64,000 nt of DNA from Dehalococcoidia bacterium (GCA_034428715.1 DAOUHE010000290.1:988-64987), one strand, 5' to 3'. Shown: positions 8,037-17,641, counted from the first letter of the stretch. Numbers and translations: made by a program. The notes: generated by a model not told the origin, from the sequence alone.

Positions 8037-9086
8037 TCAATCATAAAATTCGACCGGGCCCACCCGTTCGGCTGCATCTCTGGCTGCCACCAAGTAAACC
8101 GGCTTGGGGTTGAAGGAGTACTCCCGGAGGCAGGCTTCGGTGAATTTTATGCTGTGGGCGCCACCTGCCGCAACCGCCCGGTCTGTTAATTCTTCCTGGT
8201 CTTCGATCGGAATGGCCAGTTCCGAAGTGTCCAACGGGGGAGCGGCCGAGTACCAGGAGTAGATGGAGGCGCAGGCCTGCCAGGCGTATCGTGCGGCCAG
8301 ACGAGAGGACTCTTCGGTGAGGTAGGGAGCTATGTTCCGCAGGGCGCTAGGAGCGGTAACCGTGTGGACGAACGCTATGAGGTTTTTCTGATTGGCAAGG
8401 TAGACCCCGGCGAAGGTTTCGGTAAGGTTGGAGATAAACGCGGATAAGTCCCCTTCGGTGTCTACCAGGTCTATTGTCACGGCAAACTTCGGGTGGTCAT
8501 CCAGGCCCATGACCTGATTGCTAATCCCTCCCCCACCATCGAAATCAGGGCCGTGTAACCGGTCAACTTGCTCAACCGCCGACCTTGGGGAGAATCCGGA
8601 ATTAAATGGCGAAGGGCTCCCCGGCAGTACCTGGTAACGTGCTGCCCAATACCCTAATCCCTGAGCCAACTCGTGTAACCGCTGGGGTGTTTCGACGGCC
8701 GATAGGCTGCGGGCGGCGTGGCTGGTCCGAAGCAGGCCATGGGTTGCCGCAGCCATGACGGCCGGCGCCAGATGCGGCACCCACTGGCTTAGCACGTCTT
8801 GCCAAGGCGCCTCCTCCAACTCCCGGTCGAAAAAAGCAGTCCAATCGCTGAGGCGGCTACTATCTCCCAGGGACTCGCGCCAGTCGGAACGGGAGATGGG
8901 GGTGGTGGGCTTGGGGTGGTCTATCAAACCGCTCTTGTAGTTTTCTACCCAGGGTAGCACCGCCTCGTCCCGTCCCAATTTAAACAGGGCTTCGGCGGCC
9001 ATCGGTCCGTGATTAGCGTTCCCGTTGGCTCGCTCGGTGCCAAAGGGGCTGAGAAGGTCCAGCATCTCATCGATGGTGATACTCAT
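8037..9086 (-). CDS. Questin-oxidase-like protein (DUF4243 family)
   Basis: 349-aa ORF. The N-terminus ...NGNANHGPMAAEALFKLGRDEAV is characteristic of the family. Confidence 0.65.
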   Translation of the reverse strand: MSITIDEMLDLLSPFGTERANGNANHGPMAAEALFKLGRDEAVLPWVENYKSGLIDHPKPTTPISRSDWRESLGDSSRLSDWTAFFDRELEEAPWQDVLSQWVPHLAPAVMAAATHGLLRTSHAARSLSAVETPQRLHELAQGLGYWAARYQVLPGSPSPFNSGFSPRSAVEQVDRLHGPDFDGGGGISNQVMGLDDHPKFAVTIDLVDTEGDLSAFISNLTETFAGVYLANQKNLIAFVHTVTAPSALRNIAPYLTEESSRLAARYAWQACASIYSWYSAAPPLDTSELAIPIEDQEELTDRAVAAGGAHSIKFTEACLREYSFNPKPVYLVAARDAAERVGPVEFYD

Positions 9087-9144
9087 GGCATTACTCCTGC
9101 GTCGCCCAAAAGCCGCCCTGCTTGAATGGGTTTTTCCCTGTGGA

Positions 9145-9546
9145 TCACCTGGCCTTCGGCGGTCCTTCGATGCCTATTTCTTTGCAGATCTTGCCGTCGC
9201 GCATCTCAAAGATATGGGTCAAGCGCATTTCCCCCTTGGACCCCGGTGGCAAGGGGATAAAGCTGTCTTTGGCCACCTGGAAGGTTACGATGCTGTCATC
9301 CACAACCCTATCTTCCGTGGCGAACCGGTCCAAGGTATGGAATTCCACTTGGCTCAACACCGAAAATATCTCACGGTAATTGGCCGCCACGGCCTCTTTC
9401 CCCTTGATGACCAGATTTCTGCTGGGAGCCTCCCATACGATATCGTCGGTATACAACTCCAAAGCGGCTTCGATACGGCCCGCTGCCTCGCTGCCGAAGT
9501 GGGCTTCAACCACCGCCAGATTGGCCGGGATCATCTTTTCGTCCAT
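9145..9546 (-). CDS. SnoaL-like / NTF2-fold protein
   Basis: 133 aa with an NTF2-like pattern (LAVVEAHFGSE...ELYTDDIVWEAP). Confidence 0.65.
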   Translation of the reverse strand: MDEKMIPANLAVVEAHFGSEAAGRIEAALELYTDDIVWEAPSRNLVIKGKEAVAANYREIFSVLSQVEFHTLDRFATEDRVVDDSIVTFQVAKDSFIPLPPGSKGEMRLTHIFEMRDGKICKEIGIEGPPKAR

Positions 9547-9568
9547 ACCACCCTCTTAAGCCTGGTCC

Positions 9569-10849
9569 CTAAATCACGCCGGATTCGGCGAGGATAGTCA
9601 GTTCGGCTAGACTCAGCCTCAGTTCCCCGCAGAATATCTCTTGATTGTGCTCGCCAACCAAAGGGGCCCGGCGGGAGATACGCCACGGCGAGCCGTTGTA
9701 TACGGCGGCCGCTCCGGGATAGGTGAAACTGCGGCCCAATTCCGGATGTTCAACCTCAACGAAGAATTCCCTGTCTTGCAGGTGGGCATCGCCCATCAGG
9801 TCGTCCATGGAGCGAATGGCACCCCAGGGGAAGTCCCTTTCCTGACCGCCTTGCCAGAGTTCATCCTGGGGCATATTGCTACAGAAATTCGACAACACTT
9901 CGGCGATGTGAATGCCGTTTTCCTGGAGTACTGCCAGATCTTTATACTTTTCATCAAGCAGATCATCCGCCAAGCCGTACTCATCCATCCACTTGGCCAG
10001 CGTATTCAACCGGGCCGGGGTCAAGTTGCTGCCCGACCGGGTCAGATTCACCCAACCTCCGCCCTTGGTTGCCATCTGAATCCTGGTGGAATAATCCACG
10101 GAAGCGTGCCGTCCCGTGTGCCGCTGCACCACCTGACCAGTGGAGAGGTATATGGCGATGGCTCCCTCGGTGGTCAACGCGCAGGCTTCGTGGACCGATG
10201 AGTCGATGTATTGGCCCTCTCCCGTCATATCCCGGTAATACAGGGCTGACATTATCCCCATATAGGTGTAGTGGCCGGCTATATGCCAGGCATTTCCCCC
10301 GCCGGGAGCAATGGGAGGAGCATCTGGAATATCTTCTGTATCGTACCCCGAGGACGCCATTTGGCCCCCGCCTGCCAGGTGAAGCAGGTCCGAGGTCAGG
10401 TAGTCTTTCCATGGGCCCGTCTGGCCGAAGGGCGTCAGCGAGCACATTATGAGCCCGGAGTTCAACCGGGACAGGTTCTCGTACCCCAGACCAATGGAGT
10501 CCAGGTAACCGGGCTTGAACGTCTCCAGGATAATATCGCAGCTTGGCACCAACCGCTGGAATAGCACCGACCCCTCGGCGGACTCCAAATTCAGCGTGAT
10601 GCCCCGTTTCGACGTGTTGTAATGCCAAAACGACAGGCTGCGCTCCCGGTGCGGGATGTCGTCCAGAAAGGGCCCGACTGAGCGGGTATTCTGTCCTCCG
10701 GGAGGCTCGATCTTTATGACATCCGCACCCAGGTCGCCCATCAGTTTGCCGCAGAATTGCCCTTTCTCGTCGGAAAGCTCCAGCACCCGCAAGCCCGACA
10801 GCGGGCCCGGCATGTGGCCATTGGTGATCTTGGAGGCGTCTTGGGTCAT
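9569..10849 (-). CDS. Family III CoA-transferase (CaiB/BaiF type)
   Basis: GPLSGLRVLELSDEKGQFCGKLMGDLGADVIKIEPPGG. The start is taken at the ATG overlapping the upstream stop (ATGA at 10846..10849). The longer ORF to 11053 overlaps the neighbouring gene. Confidence 0.85.
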   Translation of the reverse strand: MTQDASKITNGHMPGPLSGLRVLELSDEKGQFCGKLMGDLGADVIKIEPPGGQNTRSVGPFLDDIPHRERSLSFWHYNTSKRGITLNLESAEGSVLFQRLVPSCDIILETFKPGYLDSIGLGYENLSRLNSGLIMCSLTPFGQTGPWKDYLTSDLLHLAGGGQMASSGYDTEDIPDAPPIAPGGGNAWHIAGHYTYMGIMSALYYRDMTGEGQYIDSSVHEACALTTEGAIAIYLSTGQVVQRHTGRHASVDYSTRIQMATKGGGWVNLTRSGSNLTPARLNTLAKWMDEYGLADDLLDEKYKDLAVLQENGIHIAEVLSNFCSNMPQDELWQGGQERDFPWGAIRSMDDLMGDAHLQDREFFVEVEHPELGRSFTYPGAAAVYNGSPWRISRRAPLVGEHNQEIFCGELRLSLAELTILAESGVI

Positions 10850-12174
10850 TTTAAGGCCTCCTCTACGTATTTGAACTTGGGCATCTCTTTGGGCCACAGG
10901 GTACCGTCTTCGTACCCGGCCAGCACATCTTCGTGACTCTCCCCCAGCAGGTCTTCCAATATCTCGCGGTTGTGGTGACCAATATTGGGTGGTGGGCCGC
11001 TGACCACGGCGGGAGACTTTGATAGTTTGAAGGGGGCATTTTGGAATTTCCACGGTCCCAGCATGGGATGATCCATGGGGACATACATGTCTCGTTGCCG
11101 TAATTGGGCGTCATGCTCCACCCGGTCCTCGGAGCTTTGCACCGGCATCGCCCGGACACCAGCGTTTTGGCACAGGGTCGTGAGTTCGTACTTCTCCAGG
11201 GTCGCGGTCCACTTTTCGATTCCCTGGTCCAATTCTTCTTGGTGCTTAATCCGGCCGTCCAGGGTGTCAAACTTAGATGCGATTGCCCAGGCTGGATCAC
11301 CCATCAGCCCGGTCAAATTTTTCCATTCGTCATCGCTGAAGCAGGCGATGACGCACCAGTCGTTATAATTCCCGCCCTTGGTGCGGTACGAGTTGTGGGG
11401 AACGGCCGTTGGGCCGCGGTAATTGTGGGCCAGGGGAGCCCCCGGCCAAACCGTCCGGTTTCCGGGAGGATATCCCTCTCGCCGGGATTCCCTGCCGTTG
11501 ACCGTGCGGTCCAGGAAGGCCGACCCGGTAAGGGTGATGCCGGTTATCATCTGGGAAAGGTCTACGTGTTGACCCTTGCCGGTGGCGTTACGGTGCCGCA
11601 GGGCGGTCAGCGCGCACATGGCGCCGTACATGCCCCCGGTATCGTCCAAGTAGGACCAGCCCCAACCCGCGGGAGGTTCTCCGGGCAGGCCGGAAAGAAA
11701 TGTCAGGCCTGACAGGGCCGCCGCGGCTGGGCCCATGGTGCCATAATAGTGATGCCTGCCGGTGTGGCCGAAACCAGCCATGGAGACATAAACAATGTCG
11801 GGACGCAGCTTCCGCAACTCGTCGTAGCCCAGCCCCCATCTCTCCATGATGCGGGAGCTGAAGTTCTCTATTACCACGTCGGACACAGATATGAGCTGTT
11901 TCAGCAGTTCCAGACCCTTGGGGGTCCGGACGTTGACGGTGATGCCGCGCTTGGTGGCGTTGGTGTCGGCGAACTGCCCGGTGGAGTTGGGTCCCGGCTC
12001 CACCCCTTTGGGAACGGTGAAGCGGTTCTGGCGCAGCATGTCCATGTTTTCCGGCCATTCGACCTTGATGACTTCCGCGCCAAAGGTCCCCAGCCAGCGT
12101 GCGGCCCAGGGACCGGCCCGCACCCAGGTGAAGTCAACTACGCGGATGCCTTCCAGTGGACGTGGTAGGGCCAT
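10846..12174 (-). CDS. Family III CoA-transferase (CaiB/BaiF type), second paralog
   Basis: RPLEGIRVVDFTWVRAGPWAARWLGTFGAEVIKVEWPE; 442 aa. Confidence 0.85.
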   Translation of the reverse strand: MALPRPLEGIRVVDFTWVRAGPWAARWLGTFGAEVIKVEWPENMDMLRQNRFTVPKGVEPGPNSTGQFADTNATKRGITVNVRTPKGLELLKQLISVSDVVIENFSSRIMERWGLGYDELRKLRPDIVYVSMAGFGHTGRHHYYGTMGPAAAALSGLTFLSGLPGEPPAGWGWSYLDDTGGMYGAMCALTALRHRNATGKGQHVDLSQMITGITLTGSAFLDRTVNGRESRREGYPPGNRTVWPGAPLAHNYRGPTAVPHNSYRTKGGNYNDWCVIACFSDDEWKNLTGLMGDPAWAIASKFDTLDGRIKHQEELDQGIEKWTATLEKYELTTLCQNAGVRAMPVQSSEDRVEHDAQLRQRDMYVPMDHPMLGPWKFQNAPFKLSKSPAVVSGPPPNIGHHNREILEDLLGESHEDVLAGYEDGTLWPKEMPKFKYVEEALK

Positions 12175-12410
12175 ATCATGCGCCTCTCAAAACGGAGAAT
12201 TACAACGTGGGGATGGCCAGAAAGATTGATTAATCGGGTCCGCGCCGCCACTCGGCAAAACCGCAGTTGACCCAGACACTCACCCCCGGCCAATGCCGTC
12301 AGGATATTTGGGAGTGTAGTATTCGCCCAGGCAACTGTCAACACGAACGGAGCCGGCCAAAATTGGATTGCCGGAGCCCGTTACAATAACCTTTTCGGTC
12401 CGGTGAAAGG

Positions 12411-13448
12411 TCACAAAGGCAAGTAAACCGCCTGGCCCGTCTGGGCGCTGCGGGCCACCGCTTCGGTCCATTCCATGTAGTGGACACCGGTCTCAAAGGC
12501 CACCATATCCACTTGCTCCGTGCCGCGGATGGCGTTGGTGAACTGCTCTTCCACCCGGTAATGGGCTTGATCCTCAGGGGGATTCGGGACCTCGGTAAGA
12601 CCGGAGTCGCCCCGCTTGCCAGCGAAGATGTTTTGCTGGGCGTCCACGTGGATGGTACCTTCCGAACCGTAGATCCACGTATGGTTTCCATTGGAATGCC
12701 CGGTGGTGGCGCTCATGCGCATGTGGACCTGTGCGCCGTTGGACAACTCATACAGGATATCGATGTGGTCTGGAATGCCCACCGATACCAGTTCTCCAGA
12801 GGCGTTGCGGCGGTAGGGGACTTGGGTCTTGGACATGGCCATGACCCTGTTGCCCCGGCCGAACCATCGCATCAGCGATTCATAGGAAGCCCCGATATTC
12901 AACGTGTTGTATCCGCTCAATTCCCAGTCGTGGCGCCAATGGAGATCGCCGCCGTAGTCGGGGAACCGGTTCTGCAGCGCCTGCATGTCCACCGACAAGA
13001 TCTCCCCCAGGAATCCTTCGCCGATCATCTTTTTCAGCACGTTGTCGGTCTTGTAGGTTGTGGATGTGGGTGTCAGCTGGCAGACCAGATCGGGATGGGC
13101 CCGGGATGCCGCCAGCATGTCCCGCGCTTCCTGGGCGTTGTTGGCCATGCGTGCCTCGGTGAGCACGTGCTTTCCCGCTTCCAGGGCCGCCAGTACCAAT
13201 GTCCGGTGCATGTATGGCCAGGTGCCGATACATATGGCATTTATGGACTTGTCTTCCAGCAGTTCCTGCCAGCCACCATAGACCTCGGGGATCTTGAACT
13301 GGTCGGCCACGGCCCGGCCGGACTCGACAGACCGGTTAGCCACGGCCGCTATCTCAACGCCGTCAACCTTTTGAAATCCCGGAATGTGGCGGTTACGGAC
13401 GTTTCCGCCGGCGCCGATCAGTCCTACTCGAATTTCATCACCGGCCAT
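12411..13448 (-). CDS. Gfo/Idh/MocA family oxidoreductase
   Basis: The N-terminal Rossmann segment is IRVGLIGAGGNVRNRHIPGF; 345 aa. Confidence 0.85.
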   Translation of the reverse strand: MAGDEIRVGLIGAGGNVRNRHIPGFQKVDGVEIAAVANRSVESGRAVADQFKIPEVYGGWQELLEDKSINAICIGTWPYMHRTLVLAALEAGKHVLTEARMANNAQEARDMLAASRAHPDLVCQLTPTSTTYKTDNVLKKMIGEGFLGEILSVDMQALQNRFPDYGGDLHWRHDWELSGYNTLNIGASYESLMRWFGRGNRVMAMSKTQVPYRRNASGELVSVGIPDHIDILYELSNGAQVHMRMSATTGHSNGNHTWIYGSEGTIHVDAQQNIFAGKRGDSGLTEVPNPPEDQAHYRVEEQFTNAIRGTEQVDMVAFETGVHYMEWTEAVARSAQTGQAVYLPL

Positions 13449-13657
13449 AAAAAGCCTCCAAATTTAGTCAAATTGGACGTTCTATACGAAAGAAGAAAAG
13501 GCCGGTGCAGCCGCCGGCAATCTCCGTACACGGGTGGTGGAACGATGTCGAGTGTAGTCAAAGGTCAAAAGGGTGTCAACCGTTTGGTGGATTGAGCAAC
13601 GAGTGGGGTTGGCGGACTCGCCAAACACGTTGGGATGATCTGGCATTTCGCAGGTGG

Positions 13658-14065
13658 TTACCAGTCTGGCTGCCGGACTTCTAGACCGGGAACGCGATTA
13701 AATTCTCTGATGTTGTCTGTAAGAACCGCGTATCCGTAGGACAATGCGGTCGCTGCAATTATAGCGTCGTGGGAACCGATGGCCTGCCCGGAGGCCGCCA
13801 GCGCCGCCCAGATTTCAGCGTGAACCCTGGCTACCCTCAAATCAAATGCCAAGACCGGGAGTCTCTCAAGAACCGCCTCAACAAAGGCTTCGCCTCTTAT
13901 GCGGCGCTGGGATGAAATTGATCTTAGGACACCGACCAGTATCTCTGCTGCCGTTATGGCAGCCAATGCCATCGGCTCGTTAAATGCAACGACGGTCAAA
14001 TCACTGATTGGCCGTCTCTGACGTTCTATATTGATAAGGACGCTGGTGTCGATTAATTGGGCCAT
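13658..14065 (-). CDS. vapC: PIN-domain toxin (VapC type)
   Basis: 135 aa. PIN acidic residues are present (LIDTSVL..., HDAIIAATAL, LTDN). The gene overlaps the upstream antitoxin gene. Confidence 0.8.
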   Translation of the reverse strand: MAQLIDTSVLINIERQRRPISDLTVVAFNEPMALAAITAAEILVGVLRSISSQRRIRGEAFVEAVLERLPVLAFDLRVARVHAEIWAALAASGQAIGSHDAIIAATALSYGYAVLTDNIREFNRVPGLEVRQPDW

Positions 14066-14322
14066 TGAGGTGCTTCTAATTTGGGTTGGGAGGCCTGAAT
14101 AGCCTCCAGGTCATCGGCGAAGCCTTCACCGACTGGGGTTAATTTACCCAGGGCTTCCGCAAGTTCACCTAGAGTAACTCCCGGCTTGGGGCCAATTGGC
14201 GCCAGGGTTGCGATGGGCTCACCTTTCCGTTGTATTACGAAGGTCTCGCCCTTGTACCGTACCCGGTTCAAGATGTCGGATAGGGACCTGGCCAGGTCCG
14301 TGGCAGTTATAACTGTTTCCAA
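14053..14322 (-). CDS. Phd/YefM-like antitoxin
   Basis: 89 aa with an apparent TTG start. ITATDLARSLSDILNRVRYKGETFVIQRKGEPIATLAP. Overlaps vapC by 13 nt. Confidence 0.7.
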   Translation of the reverse strand: METVITATDLARSLSDILNRVRYKGETFVIQRKGEPIATLAPIGPKPGVTLGELAEALGKLTPVGEGFADDLEAIQASQPKLEAPQWPN

Positions 14323-14486
14323 TTCAACACCTTTGGGTCATTTAATCATAGAATCTTAGAATATTTTAATCTGATTAACGGTTTTAGGCAATTCTAGTGG
14401 GTCCGTGCCACCATGTTTCCGTTTGTAAATCTCCTGGCCATCGCCGATAATACGCCATGCCTATTATCGTCACGCTTGGAGGTCAC

Positions 14487-15782
14487 ATGCGAGTCCTGCT
14501 TATCGCCACCAACCGTCACCACCGCCTTATGAGCCGAATGGATGCTAGGCCATTGCCCATCGGCCTGGCCTACGTCGCGGGCCACCTGGACCGCAACCGC
14601 CACACGCTGAAAGTCTTGGACCTTATGTTTTCCCATGACTACCTGGCCGACGTGGACGCCGCGGTTCAGGAATTTCAGCCCCAGGTGGTGGGAGTCTCAA
14701 TCCGGAATCTAAGCAACCACAGCTACATGGACCCACAATGGGCATTGCCCATCAGCAAAGAGGTGATCCAGCGGATCCGCTCCCAAAGCCAGGCCACCAT
14801 CGTTTGCGGCGGACCGGCCGTCAGCCTGTTCCCCAAGGAATTATTCAACTATATGGAGCCTGACCTTGCCATAGCTGGAGACGCCGGGGAAACCTTCGCA
14901 GAGCTGATGGATTACCTGGACGACGGCGGCAGTTCTCACCTTGACCTGCCCGGCCTGGTGTACCGGGAAGGTAGTGAAACCGTCTTCAACGGCGCCCGGT
15001 GCGCTTCCAGCTTCAGCCTGCCGCCTCGCCTGGAAGACCTGGACATGGACAAGTACCGGAAGGCCGGGTTCGGTATAGGTATCCTAACCAAGCTGGGCGA
15101 TTTCAAATATCCTACCGGTTCCACCTCGGGACCCCAGGAGGAAGGCGCTTGGCGGGTCATCCGGCCCATCGACGAGGTGGTCCACGAAGTCAAGGACATG
15201 GAGGAACGATTCGGCCTGAAGAAAGTGTTCTTCATCGACAACGGGTTCAACGTTCCCATGCCCCACGCCAAATCCTTGTGCAACGCGTTGATGGAGGCCG
15301 GTCTCAAGCTCCATTGGAATACCTGCCTGGCTCCGTTTTCCTGCGACGCCGAAATGGTGGGACTGATGAAACAGGCGGGATGCGCCTTGGTTATCATGGG
15401 CAACACCCGTGGAGACCCCCACGACGGCCCCGGCTTGGCAGACAGTTTGGAGCCCATGGTGGAGACGGCCCGCCTGTGCGAGGAGGCAAACCTCCACTAC
15501 ACCGTGGCCCAAACCTTTGGCGAACCGGGAGATACCAGAGAGACGGTGGATCAAAAGCTGGCCTTTTTGAAAAAACTCAAACCCGCCGTGGCCAACCTGA
15601 GGGTGGGCGTGAGCATCATGCCCGGCTCGCCAGTGGCGGCCTTGGCCTTGGAAGAAGGTCTGATCTCCGACGAAGCCGAGCTCATCAAGCCCACTTTCTA
15701 CATCGCCGAGCCGGTCAAGGACTGGTTAGTCGACTATCTGAAAGAGGAAGCGGCGCAAAATCCCCGCTGGAACTTGGTTTAG
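14487..15782 (+). CDS. B12-binding-domain / radical-SAM-like protein lacking the CX3CX2C cluster motif
   Basis: The N-terminus (MRVLLIATN...PIGLAYVAGHL...VVGVSIRN) matches the B12-binding domain of class B radical SAM enzymes. Where RGCPxxCxFC is expected, the sequence is ILTKLGDFKYPTGSTSG. No CxxxCxxC occurs anywhere in the protein. Confidence 0.65.
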   Translation: MRVLLIATNRHHRLMSRMDARPLPIGLAYVAGHLDRNRHTLKVLDLMFSHDYLADVDAAVQEFQPQVVGVSIRNLSNHSYMDPQWALPISKEVIQRIRSQSQATIVCGGPAVSLFPKELFNYMEPDLAIAGDAGETFAELMDYLDDGGSSHLDLPGLVYREGSETVFNGARCASSFSLPPRLEDLDMDKYRKAGFGIGILTKLGDFKYPTGSTSGPQEEGAWRVIRPIDEVVHEVKDMEERFGLKKVFFIDNGFNVPMPHAKSLCNALMEAGLKLHWNTCLAPFSCDAEMVGLMKQAGCALVIMGNTRGDPHDGPGLADSLEPMVETARLCEEANLHYTVAQTFGEPGDTRETVDQKLAFLKKLKPAVANLRVGVSIMPGSPVAALALEEGLISDEAELIKPTFYIAEPVKDWLVDYLKEEAAQNPRWNLV

Positions 15783-15842
15783 ATACCCGGTGAGCGGCGC
15801 CAGAGCCAATCCGGTCTAACAAACCGGCCTAGAGGAATCAAC

Positions 15843-17063
15843 GTGAATACTAGCCTAAGGGACAAATACTGCATCGTCGGCGTGGGCGAGACCGAATACA
15901 GCCGTGGCTCTGGGCGGACCACCCGGGCGTTGGGTGCCATGGCGATACGCAACGCCATGAACGACGCCGGCCTCGGACCCAACGACGTGGACGGCATGTT
16001 GAGCTACCACGGCGGCGACTCCACCCCTTCCACGGCCATCATGTACGACCTGGGGATGCGGCCCAACTTCTACATGGACTGCTCCGGCGGCGGCTCTAGC
16101 ACCGAGGCGCTGGTGGGCCTGGCCATGGGCGCCATCGAAGCCGGCATGGCCGACACCGTGGCGATATTCCGGTCAATGAACGGCTACTCCAACATTCGCA
16201 TCGGCGGAACCGGCGCCAGGGCTTCAGCTCCCATCGGCGGTCCAGATCTGATGAAGCGGCCCTATGGAATGATCAGCGCCGTCCAGCAGTTCGCATTCAC
16301 CTTCACGCGGCACATGATGGAATACGGCGTCACCAGCGAGCAACTGGCCCACATCAAAGCGGCCCATAGCAACCACGCCAGCAACAACCCCAAAGCCTTG
16401 ATGAAACAGCGGGTCACCGTTGAAGACGTGCTCAACTCCCGCTGGATCATCCGCCCGGTGGCCCATTTGTTCGACTGCTGTTTGGAAACCGATAATGCCA
16501 CCTGCGTCATCGTCACCTCGGCGGAGCGGGCAAGGGACCTGAAGCAAAGGCCCATCCATATCCTGGGGGTTCAAGGGCGAGGCACCAAGCCCGGCGGCGA
16601 CTTCCACTATCAACACGGCCCCATCTCCAGGGTGGCCGGCCACTACGTGGGCCCCCGGGTGTTTGAATCGGCAGGCGTGACCCACGACGATATCGACGTC
16701 ACCGGCTGCTACGACGCCTTCACCTACACGGTGCTGCTGCAGTTTGAGGACTACGGCTGGTGTAAAAAAGGCGAGGGCAAAGACTACGTGTCCAGCGGCA
16801 TCATCAACCTGGGCGGACAACGTCCCAACAACACCAGCGGCGGACACCTTTGCGAGGGTTACACCCACGGGATGAACATGGTTATCGAGAACGTCCGCCA
16901 GTTGCGGGGCATGGTGGACGACTACTGTCCTCAAACCGCGGAAGGAATTCACACCTACGATTACTCCGAAGGCAAATGCCGTCAGGTAAAGGACGCCAAT
17001 ATCAGCATGAACATGGGTTGGGGCACGCCCGCCGTCGGCAGTTCCCTCATCATGAGGAGGTAG
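15843..17063 (+). CDS. Thiolase-like protein (SCP-x / lipid-transfer type)
   Basis: 406 aa with a GTG start. YCIVGVGETEYSRGSG... and a C-terminal NTSGGHLCEGYTHGMN. Confidence 0.85.
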   Translation: MNTSLRDKYCIVGVGETEYSRGSGRTTRALGAMAIRNAMNDAGLGPNDVDGMLSYHGGDSTPSTAIMYDLGMRPNFYMDCSGGGSSTEALVGLAMGAIEAGMADTVAIFRSMNGYSNIRIGGTGARASAPIGGPDLMKRPYGMISAVQQFAFTFTRHMMEYGVTSEQLAHIKAAHSNHASNNPKALMKQRVTVEDVLNSRWIIRPVAHLFDCCLETDNATCVIVTSAERARDLKQRPIHILGVQGRGTKPGGDFHYQHGPISRVAGHYVGPRVFESAGVTHDDIDVTGCYDAFTYTVLLQFEDYGWCKKGEGKDYVSSGIINLGGQRPNNTSGGHLCEGYTHGMNMVIENVRQLRGMVDDYCPQTAEGIHTYDYSEGKCRQVKDANISMNMGWGTPAVGSSLIMRR

Positions 17064-17068
17064 ATCAG

Positions 17069-17572
17069 TTGCCGGTTTACGAATACCGCGGAATCAGTAT
17101 CAATATCTCGGACAACGATAGCGAGTACAAGGGCTACTTCGAAGCCGCCGCGGAGCACCGCCTGGTGGTTAAAAAGTGCTCGTCCTGCGGTCTTCTGCGC
17201 GGGGAGCCCGGTCCCGGCTGCCCCTGGTGCACCTCCCTGGATTGGGAGTGGCAACAGGTCAGTGGAAAGGGAACCATCTACAGCTACCAGATCGTGGCCC
17301 ACACCGTGGTGCCCAGCTTCCGCGATTGGGCGCCGTTCCCCATAGTGCTAGTGGAGTTGGACGAACAAAGCGGCCAGCCCGGCCCGGGTGACGGCCTGCG
17401 CATCATCGCCAACCTGATGGACCAGGACATGCAGCCCGAAAAAGAAGAGAACGTAGCCATCGGCAGCCGTGTAGAGGTGGTGTTCTACGACGGCGAAGCC
17501 GGATTCTCCCTGCCCCAATTCAGGCTAACCGGCGAGCCCCCCACCGGGCAGGTCTGGCGGCATTCGGTGTAA
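17069..17572 (+). CDS. Zn-ribbon OB-fold protein (DUF35 family)
   Basis: A TTG start lies 5 nt after the thiolase stop and is preceded by AGGAGG. Contains CSSC...CPWC Zn-ribbon cysteines and GKGTIYSYQIV. Confidence 0.8.
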   Translation: MPVYEYRGISINISDNDSEYKGYFEAAAEHRLVVKKCSSCGLLRGEPGPGCPWCTSLDWEWQQVSGKGTIYSYQIVAHTVVPSFRDWAPFPIVLVELDEQSGQPGPGDGLRIIANLMDQDMQPEKEENVAIGSRVEVVFYDGEAGFSLPQFRLTGEPPTGQVWRHSV

Positions 17573-17641
17573 CCTGGCACTGCCCGGCCGGTCGCCTCGG
17601 CCTACCTTGAATAGTTGTTACGTGAAGGGTAGGATGAAGTC

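Noticed and set aside
9569-11053. Long N-terminal extensions of several track ORFs (9569..11053, 4495..6273, 45159..46070, 22923..23198, 20453.., 58640..)
   Set aside because: The extensions overlap the upstream gene or are Arg/Pro-rich. Internal ATGs coincide with ATGA coupling sites, RBS-like sequences or the conserved family N-terminus.
12480-13595. 371-aa ORF on the plus strand
   Set aside because: It lies entirely antisense to the well-supported Gfo/Idh/MocA gene and has a low-complexity Gly/His/Val/Pro-rich translation. It is a typical shadow ORF of GC-rich DNA. The same reasoning applies to 34021..34743 (antisense to uvrB), 45231..45986 (htpX), 16224..16952 (thiolase), 46043..46663 (etfB), 51017..51712 (panC), 53396..53956 and 54016..54529 (peptidase).
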